The notes below the pieces were generated by a model, which saw nothing but the letters and a program-made list of their open reading frames with translations, was not told the origin of the DNA and did no database searches. This document shows, piece after piece, positions 9,591-19,701 of a DNA stretch of 64,000 nucleotides. The stretch comes from Spirochaetia bacterium (GTDB lineage: Bacteria > Spirochaetota > Spirochaetia > SZUA-6 > Bin103), in the NCBI GenBank assembly GCA_965199955.1, contig CBDATQ010000002.1, forward strand, positions 1,504,001 through 1,568,000, written 5' to 3'. The position numbers and the translations under genes are program-made. Numbering within the stretch: the first letter of the stretch is position 1; every line of letters begins with the position of its first letter.

Positions 9591-10487
9591 GTGGACGCCG
9601 ACTTCAGGTCAGCCGCTCTTTCATGGCTTGCCGAGCAGGCCGCCCTGCATGGGTACGTCATCCCCAGGGGGACTCTCCAAGCCGGTTTCGAGCATCGCGG
9701 TGAACGGATCACGTTCATGGGGCCGCCCGGCATCTGGAAGCCGCGTGTGCTGGATCTTCCCCTCTCCATCACATCGGTGCCCTCCGGCCCCTACGACGAC
9801 TCGTTTACCGAGGAAGGATTTCTCGCGTATCGCTACCGTGGCGCGGACCCCCAACACCGGGACAACGTCGGCCTGCGCGAGTTGTGCCGCACCCGTACGC
9901 CACTGATCTACTTTCACGGCGTGGCACGCGGCCGGTACATGCCGGTGTGGCCGGTGTTCATCGTCGAGGATCGTCCACTCGATCTCCTGTGCATGGTGGC
10001 GCTCGAGGCCGCCCACGGTTTGAGCCCGCCGGAAGGACCGTCCGACTTCATAGGATCAGACTCGATCATCGGGATCCGCCGATACATCACGCGCGAGACC
10101 AGGCGCCGCCTCCACCAGACCGCGTTTCGCGAACTCGTGGTCGATGCCTACTCGGGTTGTTGTTCCCTGTGTCGACTTCGCCATCGAAACTTGCTCGACG
10201 CCGCGCACATCGTTCCGGACAGCGAGGACGGCGGTGACCCGATCGTCCAGAATGGACTGTGCCTGTGCAAGATCCACCATGCGGCTTATGACAACGACCT
10301 GCTCGGGATATCACCAGACTACACCGTGCACGTCCGCCCGGATGTCCGTGAGGAGACGGACGGACCGATGCTCCTGCATGGCTTGCAGGAACTGCATGAA
10401 TCGAGGGTTGTCCTGCCCAGCCGACGGGCAGACCGTCCCGATCCCGACCGATTGGCGTGGCGGTACGAGAGGTTTCGGGCGGCGTGA
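9591..10487 (+). CDS. HNH endonuclease with SRA/PUA-like N-terminal domain (putative modification-dependent restriction enzyme)
   Basis: C-terminal CSLC...LDAAHIV...NGLCLCKIHHAAYD HNH/Zn motif; N-terminal YRYRG..HRDNVGLR..PLIYF. Confidence 0.8.
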   Translation: MDADFRSAALSWLAEQAALHGYVIPRGTLQAGFEHRGERITFMGPPGIWKPRVLDLPLSITSVPSGPYDDSFTEEGFLAYRYRGADPQHRDNVGLRELCRTRTPLIYFHGVARGRYMPVWPVFIVEDRPLDLLCMVALEAAHGLSPPEGPSDFIGSDSIIGIRRYITRETRRRLHQTAFRELVVDAYSGCCSLCRLRHRNLLDAAHIVPDSEDGGDPIVQNGLCLCKIHHAAYDNDLLGISPDYTVHVRPDVREETDGPMLLHGLQELHESRVVLPSRRADRPDPDRLAWRYERFRAA

Positions 10488-10493
10488 CGACGG

Positions 10494-10847
10494 TCAGGTC
10501 GTGTAGCGCTCGCCGGACTCTGCCACGCCACGCGCGGGAGCGGGCACGGAGGGGGCTGGTTGCGCCCAGGGCTTGATGCGGTCCAGCGCCGGCCCCATCT
10601 CGCGTTCGGCAACCTCGGTGTCGTGCGCAGCCTGCGCCCGAAGCCAATAGCCGCGAGACAGACCGAAGAACCTACAGAGCCGCAGGTCGGTGTCCGCGGT
10701 AATCGCCCTCTTGCCGGCAACGATGGCGCTGATTCGCTGAGCAGGGACATCCACTTCCTTTGCCAGTCGGTACTGGCTCAGGCCCATGGGTATCAGGAAC
10801 TCCTCCAGCAGGATCTCGCTTGGGGTAATCGGATCACACTCCGTCAT
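10494..10847 (-). CDS. higA: HigA family addiction-module antitoxin (orphan)
   Basis: PSEILLEEFLIPMGLSQYRLAK...RISAIVAGKRAITADTDLRLCRFFG...YWLRAQ. Confidence 0.9.
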   Translation of the reverse strand: MTECDPITPSEILLEEFLIPMGLSQYRLAKEVDVPAQRISAIVAGKRAITADTDLRLCRFFGLSRGYWLRAQAAHDTEVAEREMGPALDRIKPWAQPAPSVPAPARGVAESGERYTT

Positions 10848-10866
10848 GAATGCCCTCACCATGCTT

Positions 10867-10893
10867 CCAGTGATAGTCGACGATCTCCACGTA
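10867..10893 (-). pseudogene. C-terminal remnant of HigB toxin
   Basis: Reads YVEIVDYH, the typical HigB C-terminus, immediately upstream of higA; the rest of the toxin is absent. Confidence 0.65.
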
Positions 10894-10969
10894 TCGCGTG
10901 ATTATCGTCAATCGCCGGCTGACCGAATGTGATTGCCGACTGATCAACGGCGACACCGTTCGGAGCTGA

Positions 10970-11590
10970 TCAAGGCCGAGGTGGCCGATCCGGTCGCCGA
11001 GATGGACTGACGGTACGGCGGGACTTCGTCCACCGCCGCGCCCACGCCAGCGCGACGCTCGCACCCACCGCCATCGTGGCCGCGAGCAGGTTGAACAGCA
11101 TATCCACCGGGTCGAAGACGCGGCTCGGCACAAGGATCTGGATGCACTCATCCACCACGCCCAGCGCCGCCGTGGCCAGGACGGCGAGCAGGGGCAGCGC
11201 CGGGACGCGGCGACCCTGTCTGGCGCGCTCGGAGAGCGCTTCGTGGATGAAGACGCCCACCACGCCGTACTCGATGAGGTGTGAGCGCTCCTCCGGGCCG
11301 ACCATCCTGAGGAACACCAGCGCGTAGGCGGCCGTGACGCCCAGGGCGACGGCGATCTGTGCTCCGCCCGGCCGGGCCTTCAGGCCGTGCGTGACGACGG
11401 TCGCCCCCACCAGGAACATGGCGACGAGAAAGGAGACGAGGGGGAAAGAGGCGCCCAGCAGGCCGCTCTCGAGCAATGCCCGGGTCAGCGTCTGCGCGAG
11501 GCCCAGGGTGGAGTAGATCGCGACCACGACGGCCAGCGTCCACAGCCAGAGGCGGCGCTCCCGATCGGAGGCGAAGAGGGCCAATGACAG
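10970..11590 (-). CDS. VanZ-like membrane protein
   Basis: Hydrophobic helices, EERSHLIEYG and DECIQILVPSRVFDPVDMLFN; start codon uncertain. Confidence 0.72.
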   Translation of the reverse strand: MSLALFASDRERRLWLWTLAVVVAIYSTLGLAQTLTRALLESGLLGASFPLVSFLVAMFLVGATVVTHGLKARPGGAQIAVALGVTAAYALVFLRMVGPEERSHLIEYGVVGVFIHEALSERARQGRRVPALPLLAVLATAALGVVDECIQILVPSRVFDPVDMLFNLLAATMAVGASVALAWARRWTKSRRTVSPSRRPDRPPRP

Positions 11591-11598
11591 GTTAGCAG

Positions 11599-13095
11599 CT
11601 AACCGGTGGAATCGAGGAACTGGAAGGCGTAGAGCTTCACGTCGCGCATCAGGAAGCGCAGGCGGACCGGGGTGCCGGCGGCGGCGCCCACGCCGCTTCG
11701 GCCCTGCCAGGTGACCGTCTTGGACACGCCGTTGCCGAGCACGGCGTCCGCGGTGTCCATCTCGAAGCCCGGCAGCGGATGGCCTTCGCGGTCGAGCAGC
11801 TCGACCTTCAGCCAGCCGCCGGCTCCCGCGTCGCAGTTGAGGGTGAGCGTGCGGCCCGAAGAGCGCACCAGGGGGGTGGTCAGCTCGCCGCCGCCGTACT
11901 CGGCGTCGGCGGAGATGAACCCGTCGCGCCGCAGCGAGGCGCGGAAGATGCCCGAGTGCTTGCCCAGCTTCCGTTCGTCCTCGCTCTCCACCGGGCCGCC
12001 GTGCAGCCGCTTCGTGCCCGCGTAGTACACCCAGAGCTCGTCCCCCACCGGGACCAGTCACGGGTTGGCGTACAGCATGCCGCTGGTGTTGGTGCCGTCC
12101 AGCCCGCGGTGCAGAAACGGCTTGCGGCCGCCCGCGCGGCTCCAGCGGACCCCGTCCCTGCTGGTCAGGAGCTGCACGTCCATGGTCGCGGGAAAGTCGT
12201 TGTCGCCCCAGTGGTAGAAGGCCGACGGCAGCATCAGATAGACGTCCTCGGCCCACGGGTACTTCATGGCGCAGTTGGTGTAGAAGTCGATGTTCGGGCG
12301 CGGATCGTCGCGCTGCCACGGCACGGGGATGCCCAGGTCCTGCGCGTCCGCCTCGAAGACGACCTCCAGCGGCGACCACTCGCGGAAGTCCGGGGAGGTG
12401 ATGCGGCCGACGCACCGGTAGCTGCCGCGGCCGGCCGCCTCGGCGGCCTCATCCACGATCTGGGTATCCCGGACGCGGATGTAGCCGACGTAGAGCCCCA
12501 GCCGGTCGTCCCAGAACAGCATGTTCTGCACGTCGCACATGGCGTCGCGGGGGTTCGGCTGGCCGGGATAGGTCTCCCAGTGGATGCCGTCCGGCGAGTG
12601 CATGGCCCACAGCCCCTGCAGGGAGCCTGCCTCCACCTCTTCGTCGGTGGGGCGGAACTTGGTCCAGAGCTTGTAGCGCTCCTCCGCGGGTGCACGGTCG
12701 TCGCGGAACACGGTGGCGCCCTGCATGCTCTGCCGTTCGACGTGGGGCGCGACGATGTTGTTGCGCGTCGATCCGCGGAAGGAGATCAGGCCGAGCTCCG
12801 GCTTGGTCCAGTGGATGCCGTCGTCCGACTCGGCATAGGCGAGGCGCCGGGCGCCCTCGGAGGGCAGGCCGGCCTTCATCCAGGCGTCGTACCACATGCG
12901 GAAGGCGCCGTCGGGCTCGCGCCACACGGTGTTGTAGGCGCCGATGCCCAGCTCCTCCCAGGGGCGGTCTGCGACCACCACCGGCTCCGGGTGCTGGACC
13001 GGCGGGTTCATGGTCAGCGTCACGCCCTCGCTCGACTCGATGAACCGCCCGTCGATGAAGAGTTGCCGCCGCGTACCGATGTCCAACGCGTTCAT
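11599..13095 (-). pseudogene. Beta-propeller GH-like protein interrupted by a single in-frame TGA at 12058-12060
   Basis: MNALDIGTRRQLFIDG...MLYANP-TGA-LVPVGDELWVYY... stays in the same frame to the stop at 11599; paralog of 7867-9417. Confidence 0.7.
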
Positions 13096-14732
13096 GAGCA
13101 GACCACCATCGCTTCGACACCATGCAGCACCGGCCACGGTTTCGGCGTCGCAGCGCCGTTCAGGATCAGGAGCACGGCGTTGCTGCCCGTTCGCAGGCCG
13201 GGATCGTCGAATACCAGCCACTCGTCGCCGGCACTGTTGGCGATGGTGCGGTTCGGCTCGAAGGCGAGGTGCTGGCCGTTGACCGCCAGGTGGAGGCGCT
13301 CCTTCGACTGCTCGTAGTCCGTGAGGCGCAGGCGCAGCTCCGTCCGCTTGATGCGGCCGTCGGCGCGCCCCGCGTCGAGGTCGTCGACGATCGTCACGTG
13401 CAGGGCGTGGCCGTCGCCTGCGCCGCGCCCGCGCAGCGCCAGCCTGCGCGGCAGCACCGGCCGGTGGTCGCCCCAGCCGGACGGCGTCGCCGGGCCTCCC
13501 AGGTAGTAACAGCGGTCGAGCCGTGCCAGCGCCTCCGGCTCGCGCAGGTCGCGGATCGTCTGCAGGTGGTCGTCCGTCAGGTCGTGATAGTCGCCCGGGA
13601 CCGGGCCGGCCCGGTGGGTCCCGTAGTCGTAGTTGAACAGCGCGATGCCGGCGGCTCCGTCGCGGTAGCCGTTCAGACCCGCGCCGCGCAGCACCGCCGG
13701 AGCATTGCGCTCGTAGCCCTCCTGCGGCGAGACCCCGTAGGTGCTGCCGTCGAAGCCGCGGTAGACCGGCACCGCGCCGCCGGCCGCCTCGACCGCCGCG
13801 GCCACGTCCGCCCGGGTCACGCAGTAGCCGGGCGAGGAGATCACGAACGCGTCGGCCAGCCCTTCGCGGACCCACTCCAGCGTGTCGATGCCGATGGACA
13901 GCGACTCGCCGATGCTGGTCGGGACGCGCACGACGAAGCGCAGGGCGCGCCCGCGCCGCTGCGCATGGCGCCGGACGACCTCGCGTCCCTGGCGCACGAA
14001 GTCGGTCATGACCGGGATGTTCTGCACGACCTGGCCGCCGCGGAAGTAGGGCGGCTGCCGGCAGAAGTCGAACTCCAGACCGTCGAAGTCGTAACGGGTC
14101 AGCGTCTCGTCCGCGATGCCCAGGAACCGTTGCCGCACTTCGTCCTGCGCGTAGTCCCACATCCAACTGAAGGTCCACTCGGCGCCGTGCCTGGCCTCGG
14201 GCATGGCCGAACCGATCAGCAGGTCGGGCCGCTCGATCTTCAGCGTGGAACGCCCGTACCACATGCGGTCCTCGGTATCGGTGTGGGCGTCGTTCATCCG
14301 CATCGACGCGAACACCGGTAGCTCGTGCTCGCGGGCGCCGTCGACGTAGATCTGCATGAGGTCGTGGCCGTCGTCGATCACGGAGGTGATCGTGCTGAAC
14401 AGCTCCTCGTGGGCGTTGGTGGCCTTCCGGTTGGCGGTGGCGCGGCCGTGGATGTGTACGGCGCCGCCGGAAATCGGATTGCCGTGGATGTCGGTCGGCA
14501 CGCCGTCCACGTCCCACTCGGTGACGTTGTCGCACCAGAGCTGGCCGTGCGGGCTGCCTCGCCATGACAGGTCGTCGTCGATGCCGATCAGCACCGACAG
14601 CAGGTCGACGCCGGCGTCGCGGAGCGGGCCGATCATCCGGGTGAGGTCGGACGGGTCGTGCCGCTCCTGGTAATTGTTCACCCAGTTACCGTCCGTATTG
14701 AACATCAGGCGCGGCGGCCAGGATTCAGACAT
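13092..14732 (-). CDS. GHL10-like TIM-barrel protein (putative glycoside hydrolase)
   Basis: RLMFNTDG, SMRMNDAH, YDFDGLEFDFCR motifs; AGGAGG RBS. Confidence 0.65.
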   Translation of the reverse strand: MSESWPPRLMFNTDGNWVNNYQERHDPSDLTRMIGPLRDAGVDLLSVLIGIDDDLSWRGSPHGQLWCDNVTEWDVDGVPTDIHGNPISGGAVHIHGRATANRKATNAHEELFSTITSVIDDGHDLMQIYVDGAREHELPVFASMRMNDAHTDTEDRMWYGRSTLKIERPDLLIGSAMPEARHGAEWTFSWMWDYAQDEVRQRFLGIADETLTRYDFDGLEFDFCRQPPYFRGGQVVQNIPVMTDFVRQGREVVRRHAQRRGRALRFVVRVPTSIGESLSIGIDTLEWVREGLADAFVISSPGYCVTRADVAAAVEAAGGAVPVYRGFDGSTYGVSPQEGYERNAPAVLRGAGLNGYRDGAAGIALFNYDYGTHRAGPVPGDYHDLTDDHLQTIRDLREPEALARLDRCYYLGGPATPSGWGDHRPVLPRRLALRGRGAGDGHALHVTIVDDLDAGRADGRIKRTELRLRLTDYEQSKERLHLAVNGQHLAFEPNRTIANSAGDEWLVFDDPGLRTGSNAVLLILNGAATPKPWPVLHGVEAMVVCS

Positions 14733-14810
14733 CGCTACCCTCCTGGCCCCGGTGTACCATGATTCCGTTTCACGAATCACCGGCAGGTTCCGTGACCAGG
14801 AGGGAGTACG

Positions 14811-16415
14811 ATGTCGCAGTCCACCGATCCTGACCGACCCCGGCTCCTGTTCAACAGCGACGGCGGCTCAGCCTCGCTCTACGCGTTCGAGCCGCCGATC
14901 ACCCGCGACCAGCTCTGCCGCGTCATCGACTCGCTCGCCGGCACGCAGGTCGACGTGTACATCGGCTGCGTCTCCGAGGGGTCGTTCTTCTGCCACGGCA
15001 CGAAGGTCGGCGAGGTGTACGGCTTCGACACGCCCGACGACGAGTTCGAGAGCCAGAACTTCCGCCGCTGGGCGGACAACGTGCGCGGGCTCATCCAGTC
15101 CGGCAACGACCCCGTAACCGTGTGGGCGGACCGCGCCCACGCCGCCGGCATGAAGTTCTGGCCGAGCATCCGCATGAACGACATCCACAAGGACTGGTCG
15201 GAGCGGTGGCCGTCGCTGCGCACCCGCTGGGAGCTTGCGCGCCCGCACGTGCGGCTGGGCGACGAGGCGCCGGAGCGCTACAAGCGGCGCTACCCGCGGC
15301 CGGGACTGCCGTCGGACGGCTTCAGTTGGGCGTTCGACTTCTCCGTGGACGAGGTGCGCCAGCTCAAGGTCGACGTGATCGAGGAGCTCTGCACCGGCTA
15401 CGACATCGACGGCTTCGAGCTCGACTTCCTCAGTCACCCCATGTACTTCAAGGAGGGCCGCGAGCGCGGAGGCGCCCCGTACCTCACCGAGATGATGCGC
15501 GAGGTGCGCGCGGTCGTGCGGCGGGCCGGCGCCGCCAAGGGTCGGGAGCTGACGCTACTGGCGCGGGTGCTGCCGACCCAGGAGCAGTGCCTGGCGATCG
15601 GCATGGACGTCCGCACCTGGGCGGCCGAGGGGCTGGTGGACGCGCTGGCTCCCGCCGTGCGCGGCTACCTGAACATGACCCCGGACGTGAGCGGCATGGT
15701 GGCGCTCGGCCACGATCATGGGTGCGAGGTGTACGGCGGCACCTCGGACCTGTGGGTCCCGTACTACACTGCCTACCCGGACAGGGACGGCAAGCGCAAC
15801 CCGCGCGCCTCGGTGCCGCTGTTCCGCGCGGCCGCTGCCAGGCTCTGGCACGCCGGCGTCGACGCCATCCACGTGTTCAACTACGACTGCCACTGCACGG
15901 GCATCCAGCACCATTCGGTGGAGGAGCACATCGGCCTGGACGACGTGCCGCTGTTCAATCCCGACGAGTACCGGATCCTCACCGAGATCGGTGACCGCGA
16001 AGGCATCGCGCGCAGGGACAAGCACTACGTGGTCGCGCACGACGTGGACCGAAGGAGCGGCGGAGCCGACGAGCCCCTGCCGGTCGACCTCGCCGAGCCC
16101 GGTCAGGCCGCGGAGATCGACCTTACCGTCGCCGACGACCTGGACGGAGCCAGGAGCGATGGGGCGCTCGCCAGCGTGGTCCTCAGGATCACCCTGGCCG
16201 GCTACCGCGACGGCAGCGACCGGCTGCGGGTGGATCTCGACGGTACGCCACTGCCGTGCGAGGCGAACGGACAGCAACTCAGTTGTGGTGACGTGCCGGC
16301 CGGCCAGGGCAGCAACCGATTGCGGATCAAGCTGGAGGCGCGGGCCGGCAGTGTTGACTCGCCATTGCGGATCGACGGGGTGGAGTTGATCATCACCTAC
16401 CGGGACGGAGCGTAG
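14811..16415 (+). CDS. GHL10-like TIM-barrel protein (putative glycoside hydrolase)
   Basis: RLLFNSDG, SIRMNDIH, YDIDGFELDFL; AGGAGG RBS; paralog of the divergent gene. Confidence 0.65.
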   Translation: MSQSTDPDRPRLLFNSDGGSASLYAFEPPITRDQLCRVIDSLAGTQVDVYIGCVSEGSFFCHGTKVGEVYGFDTPDDEFESQNFRRWADNVRGLIQSGNDPVTVWADRAHAAGMKFWPSIRMNDIHKDWSERWPSLRTRWELARPHVRLGDEAPERYKRRYPRPGLPSDGFSWAFDFSVDEVRQLKVDVIEELCTGYDIDGFELDFLSHPMYFKEGRERGGAPYLTEMMREVRAVVRRAGAAKGRELTLLARVLPTQEQCLAIGMDVRTWAAEGLVDALAPAVRGYLNMTPDVSGMVALGHDHGCEVYGGTSDLWVPYYTAYPDRDGKRNPRASVPLFRAAAARLWHAGVDAIHVFNYDCHCTGIQHHSVEEHIGLDDVPLFNPDEYRILTEIGDREGIARRDKHYVVAHDVDRRSGGADEPLPVDLAEPGQAAEIDLTVADDLDGARSDGALASVVLRITLAGYRDGSDRLRVDLDGTPLPCEANGQQLSCGDVPAGQGSNRLRIKLEARAGSVDSPLRIDGVELIITYRDGA

Positions 16416-17490
16416 CGCCCGCAGGGTCCGTCATGGAAACCGGACCATATCCAGGGTACCGATGGGGCGTGTGCCATTCTGATGACTGTTCGAGCCAGGC
16501 GCCGAGGTGGGCGACTTCCCGGACGGCGGACGGGTCGAGCTCGGCCTGCCGGAGCCGGGTCCGGACCACGAACACGTCCATCTCGTCGGGCGGTGAGTCC
16601 CGGTGCACGATCTCGTGGACCTTGCGGACGAAGAAGGTTCCCCAGTCGGGCCGGCGGCCGTCCAGGTCGGTGAAGCCGTACTCCTTCGCCAGTGCCCAGC
16701 TCGACAACAGGCGGCCGCTCCTGTCTGCAACGTGCGGGTCGGCGGCGAGCGCCGCCACGGCGCGTCCGACGTAGCAGGGGGTCTCGGACTCCGCGAAGTA
16801 GGGGTCGGCCTCGATGCCGTCCCGCCAGTTCGCCTCGCTGACGCCCAATCTGTCGAGCACCGCCTCGGAGCGCAGAAACCCGGGCGTGATCGCCAACGCG
16901 GTCACGCGCTGCGCTCGCAGGTCCGCCGCCATCGCGTAGGCGAGCCGGATCACCGCGTTCTTGGCCAGGTCGTAGAACAGGTTGCCGCGGTATCCGAGGG
17001 TGTCGCCGTCGGTCACCTCCACGATGAGGCCGGCGTTGCGTTCGACCATCAGCGGCGCGGCGTGGCGGCTGGTGATGATGTGGCTGTGCACGGCGCGTTC
17101 CAGCATCTCCAGCCCCTTGGCCGTGGACAGCTCCCAGAACGGCAATCCCCACTCGCTCAGCTCGTCGCCGCCCCAGATGTCGTTCACCAGCACGTCAAGC
17201 CGGCCCTGCTCGGAGTGGATCCGACCGAACAGCCGTTCCACCTCCGACTCCACGGTGTGGTCGGTGCGGACTGCGATGCTGCGGCCACCTTCCGCGGCGA
17301 TCATCGCCGCCGTCTCGTCGATCGTCTCCGTGCGCCCCGCGGTAGCTGGGTTCCCGTCCACGCTGCGGCCCGTGCAGTAGACGTTCGCCCCTGCCGCCCC
17401 CAGCATGCGGGCGATGCCGCGGCCGGCGCCGCGCGTGGCCCCGGCGACCACGGCAACCTGTCCGGCAAGCGGTCGGCATGGTGCGTTCAT
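16393..17490 (-). CDS. SDR family oxidoreductase
   Basis: AGATRGAGRG, LVNDIWGG, YDLAK catalytic motif. Confidence 0.9.
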   Translation of the reverse strand: MNAPCRPLAGQVAVVAGATRGAGRGIARMLGAAGANVYCTGRSVDGNPATAGRTETIDETAAMIAAEGGRSIAVRTDHTVESEVERLFGRIHSEQGRLDVLVNDIWGGDELSEWGLPFWELSTAKGLEMLERAVHSHIITSRHAAPLMVERNAGLIVEVTDGDTLGYRGNLFYDLAKNAVIRLAYAMAADLRAQRVTALAITPGFLRSEAVLDRLGVSEANWRDGIEADPYFAESETPCYVGRAVAALAADPHVADRSGRLLSSWALAKEYGFTDLDGRRPDWGTFFVRKVHEIVHRDSPPDEMDVFVVRTRLRQAELDPSAVREVAHLGAWLEQSSEWHTPHRYPGYGPVSMTDPAGATLRPGR

Positions 17491-18623
17491 CTGCCGATCC
17501 CGTGCGCCTGCGGCCACACGGAGTTCAGCTCGTGGATCGCCAGCGAGACCAGGCGCACGCTCCCGCCGTCGGCGTACAGCTCCAGGGGCATGTCGCAGGC
17601 GGCCGGCAGGAAGCAGAACGATGCCGACACCAGGCCGCCGGCGGCGAACAGCTCCAGCGAGGTGCGGTCCACCAGGAGTTGCAGGCGCAGGGAGCCGTCG
17701 CCGTCGCGGGGTGCCGGGATCGTGTGGCCATGCCACGTGAACCGGGCGGCTGCGACGTCGTAGCGCAGGTCGTGGCCGCGGATGATGATGACGAACGCGG
17801 CCGCGTCCCCGGGGTCGATCACCGCTTCGAGGTGGAACAGGTCCCAGGTCGTGTCGGGCGCGAGGTTGCAGTACCCGGTGGCGAGGCGGCTCTGCCAGCC
17901 AGGTCCGTGCACGTGGTACAGGTCGTGCCGGTTCAGGCCGGGGCGCAGCCGGTGGGCGTTCCAGCGCAGCGTGCGCCGGTGCAGCATCTCCAGCTCGCGC
18001 ACCGGCTGCCGGCACAGGCGCACCCCGTGCGGCGTCGTGAGCAGGGTCAGCTCGACCGGGAACGACATCTGGCCGTTGAACGGCATCGCCGGGAAGTGCC
18101 CGCCGCGCAGCCATGAGATCTGGATGCGGCGGCCATCCTCGGACGGCACGTCGCTCCAGGTCTGGGCGGCATAGCCGCCCAGCCCCAGCTCGCTGCGCAG
18201 CGTCGGGGTCTCGGGGGTGAAGACGGTGCCGTCGAAGCGCCCCAGAACACCCAGCGGGTGTCGCCCGGGTCGCCGTCCACCGGCAGCTCGAACAGGTCCG
18301 GGCACTCGCCGGTGTCCGCCACCTCCAAGTCGCACAGGTGGCGCCACCGCTTCAGGTCGAGCGATCCGTACAGGGCGAAGTCGTTGCCGTCCAGGAACAG
18401 CGCCATGATCCACTGCCCCGTGGGTGCGTGACGGATCACCTTGGGGTCGCGGTTGTTGGCGCGCCGCGTGTCCCCAGGAGTTGGCCGCGTGGTTCATGAA
18501 CCCCGGCGTGTGCTGGAAAAACAGGTGGTATTCGCCGCGGTAGCAGACCAGCCCATTGGGGTCGTTCATCCACGAATGCCGCGGGCTGAAGTGGAACTGC
18601 GGGCGGTGCAACTCGTCGTACAT
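17487..18623 (-). pseudogene. GH32 levanase/beta-fructosidase-like gene with internal deletions and frameshifts
   Basis: WMNDPNG, RDP and ECPDLF motifs spread over more than one frame; WGHA jumps almost directly to NRDP. Confidence 0.8.
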
Positions 18624-18673
18624 GGGGACCTCAGCGCCCAGGAGCCGCTACTACCGAACCCGGCAGGCCAAGG

Positions 18674-19585
18674 CTATTCCTGCATCCAGGGATACATCGG
18701 CCCGAGGAACGGCGTCGGCTTGCCGGGACGAGGGTAGGACAGCTTCTCGGGGTGCTTCTCGATGCCGGCCTTCCACGCGGCGCTCCACTCGTCGTACGTC
18801 GTCAGCGAGTCGGGCGCGGCGCGGCTGCGCGCGACCAGGCTCGGCCACTCCGGGCGAGGCGAGGGGGTGCCGAGCGTCTGGTAGCGCAGGTCCATGCTCC
18901 AGCGGATGCCGTCGGTGCGGTTGGGACCGGAGCCGTGCGGGCAGAGCTTGTGGATGAGGATCACGTCGCCCTTGCGCATGGGCACCGTCACCGGGGCGCA
19001 CGGCGGCTGCGAGTCGAGGCTCCAGTAGACCGTGCCCCGGCGGTGCAGGCCGGGACAGAGCTGCAGGCAGCCGTTGTCCGCCGTCGCATCGTTGAGCGGA
19101 AACCAGACGGTGAGCACGAACAGCTCGCGCGCCTCGGGCGTCGTGAAGATCGCGTCCTGATGCCAGGGGGCGATGTTGGAGCCCTTGTTCTCGGCCTCGT
19201 CCGACGGGAGCTTGGCGCGCACGTGGGAGATGGCGTTGCACGCGATCTCCGGACCGATGAAGCCCTCCACCAGGTCGAGCAGGTTCGGATTGCGCATGAT
19301 CTCGAACAGGCCGCGCGTGCGCGTCCGGCCGATGTCCAGGGCCGTGTCCGATCCGAAGTAGGTCGCGGCGTCCTCATCGCAGATGCGCGCGAGCCGCGTG
19401 CCGAACGGCTCGTCGCCGCAGAGCTGACGGATCCGGCCTTCCGCGTACAGCCGCCGCGCGATCCCGTCGACGATCGCCGCGTAGTCGTCGATCACCGGCT
19501 GCAGGTCCCCGTCAGACAGCGCCCCTTCGACCACCACGTACCCCTGATCGACGAACCGATCGAGGTGCTCCTGGCTCAGCTTCAT
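18674..19585 (-). CDS. Phytanoyl-CoA dioxygenase (PhyH) family Fe(II)/2OG oxygenase
   Basis: PWHQD, NGCL, HGSGPN..R motifs. Confidence 0.9.
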   Translation of the reverse strand: MKLSQEHLDRFVDQGYVVVEGALSDGDLQPVIDDYAAIVDGIARRLYAEGRIRQLCGDEPFGTRLARICDEDAATYFGSDTALDIGRTRTRGLFEIMRNPNLLDLVEGFIGPEIACNAISHVRAKLPSDEAENKGSNIAPWHQDAIFTTPEARELFVLTVWFPLNDATADNGCLQLCPGLHRRGTVYWSLDSQPPCAPVTVPMRKGDVILIHKLCPHGSGPNRTDGIRWSMDLRYQTLGTPSPRPEWPSLVARSRAAPDSLTTYDEWSAAWKAGIEKHPEKLSYPRPGKPTPFLGPMYPWMQE

Positions 19586-19701
19586 GTGCCGGGCAGCGTA
19601 TCAGATGGTTACAGGTCGGCGTCAGACGCCTCCCGTGACGACGGCGGTTCCGATCGACGTAGCAACGACGCCCTCGGTCAGGAAAGCGGCGGAGCCGTGC
19701 T

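Noticed and set aside
12034..12060. Selenocysteine recoding of the in-frame TGA
   Set aside because: The hairpin loop is only about 8 nt from UGA, closer than typical bacterial SECIS spacing, and the paralogs in this window have no Cys in this segment
13096..14565. N-terminal extension making an 835-aa ORF (12058-14565)
   Set aside because: Arg/Pro/Ala-rich off-frame read of the GHL10-like gene; the real start is ATG 13095
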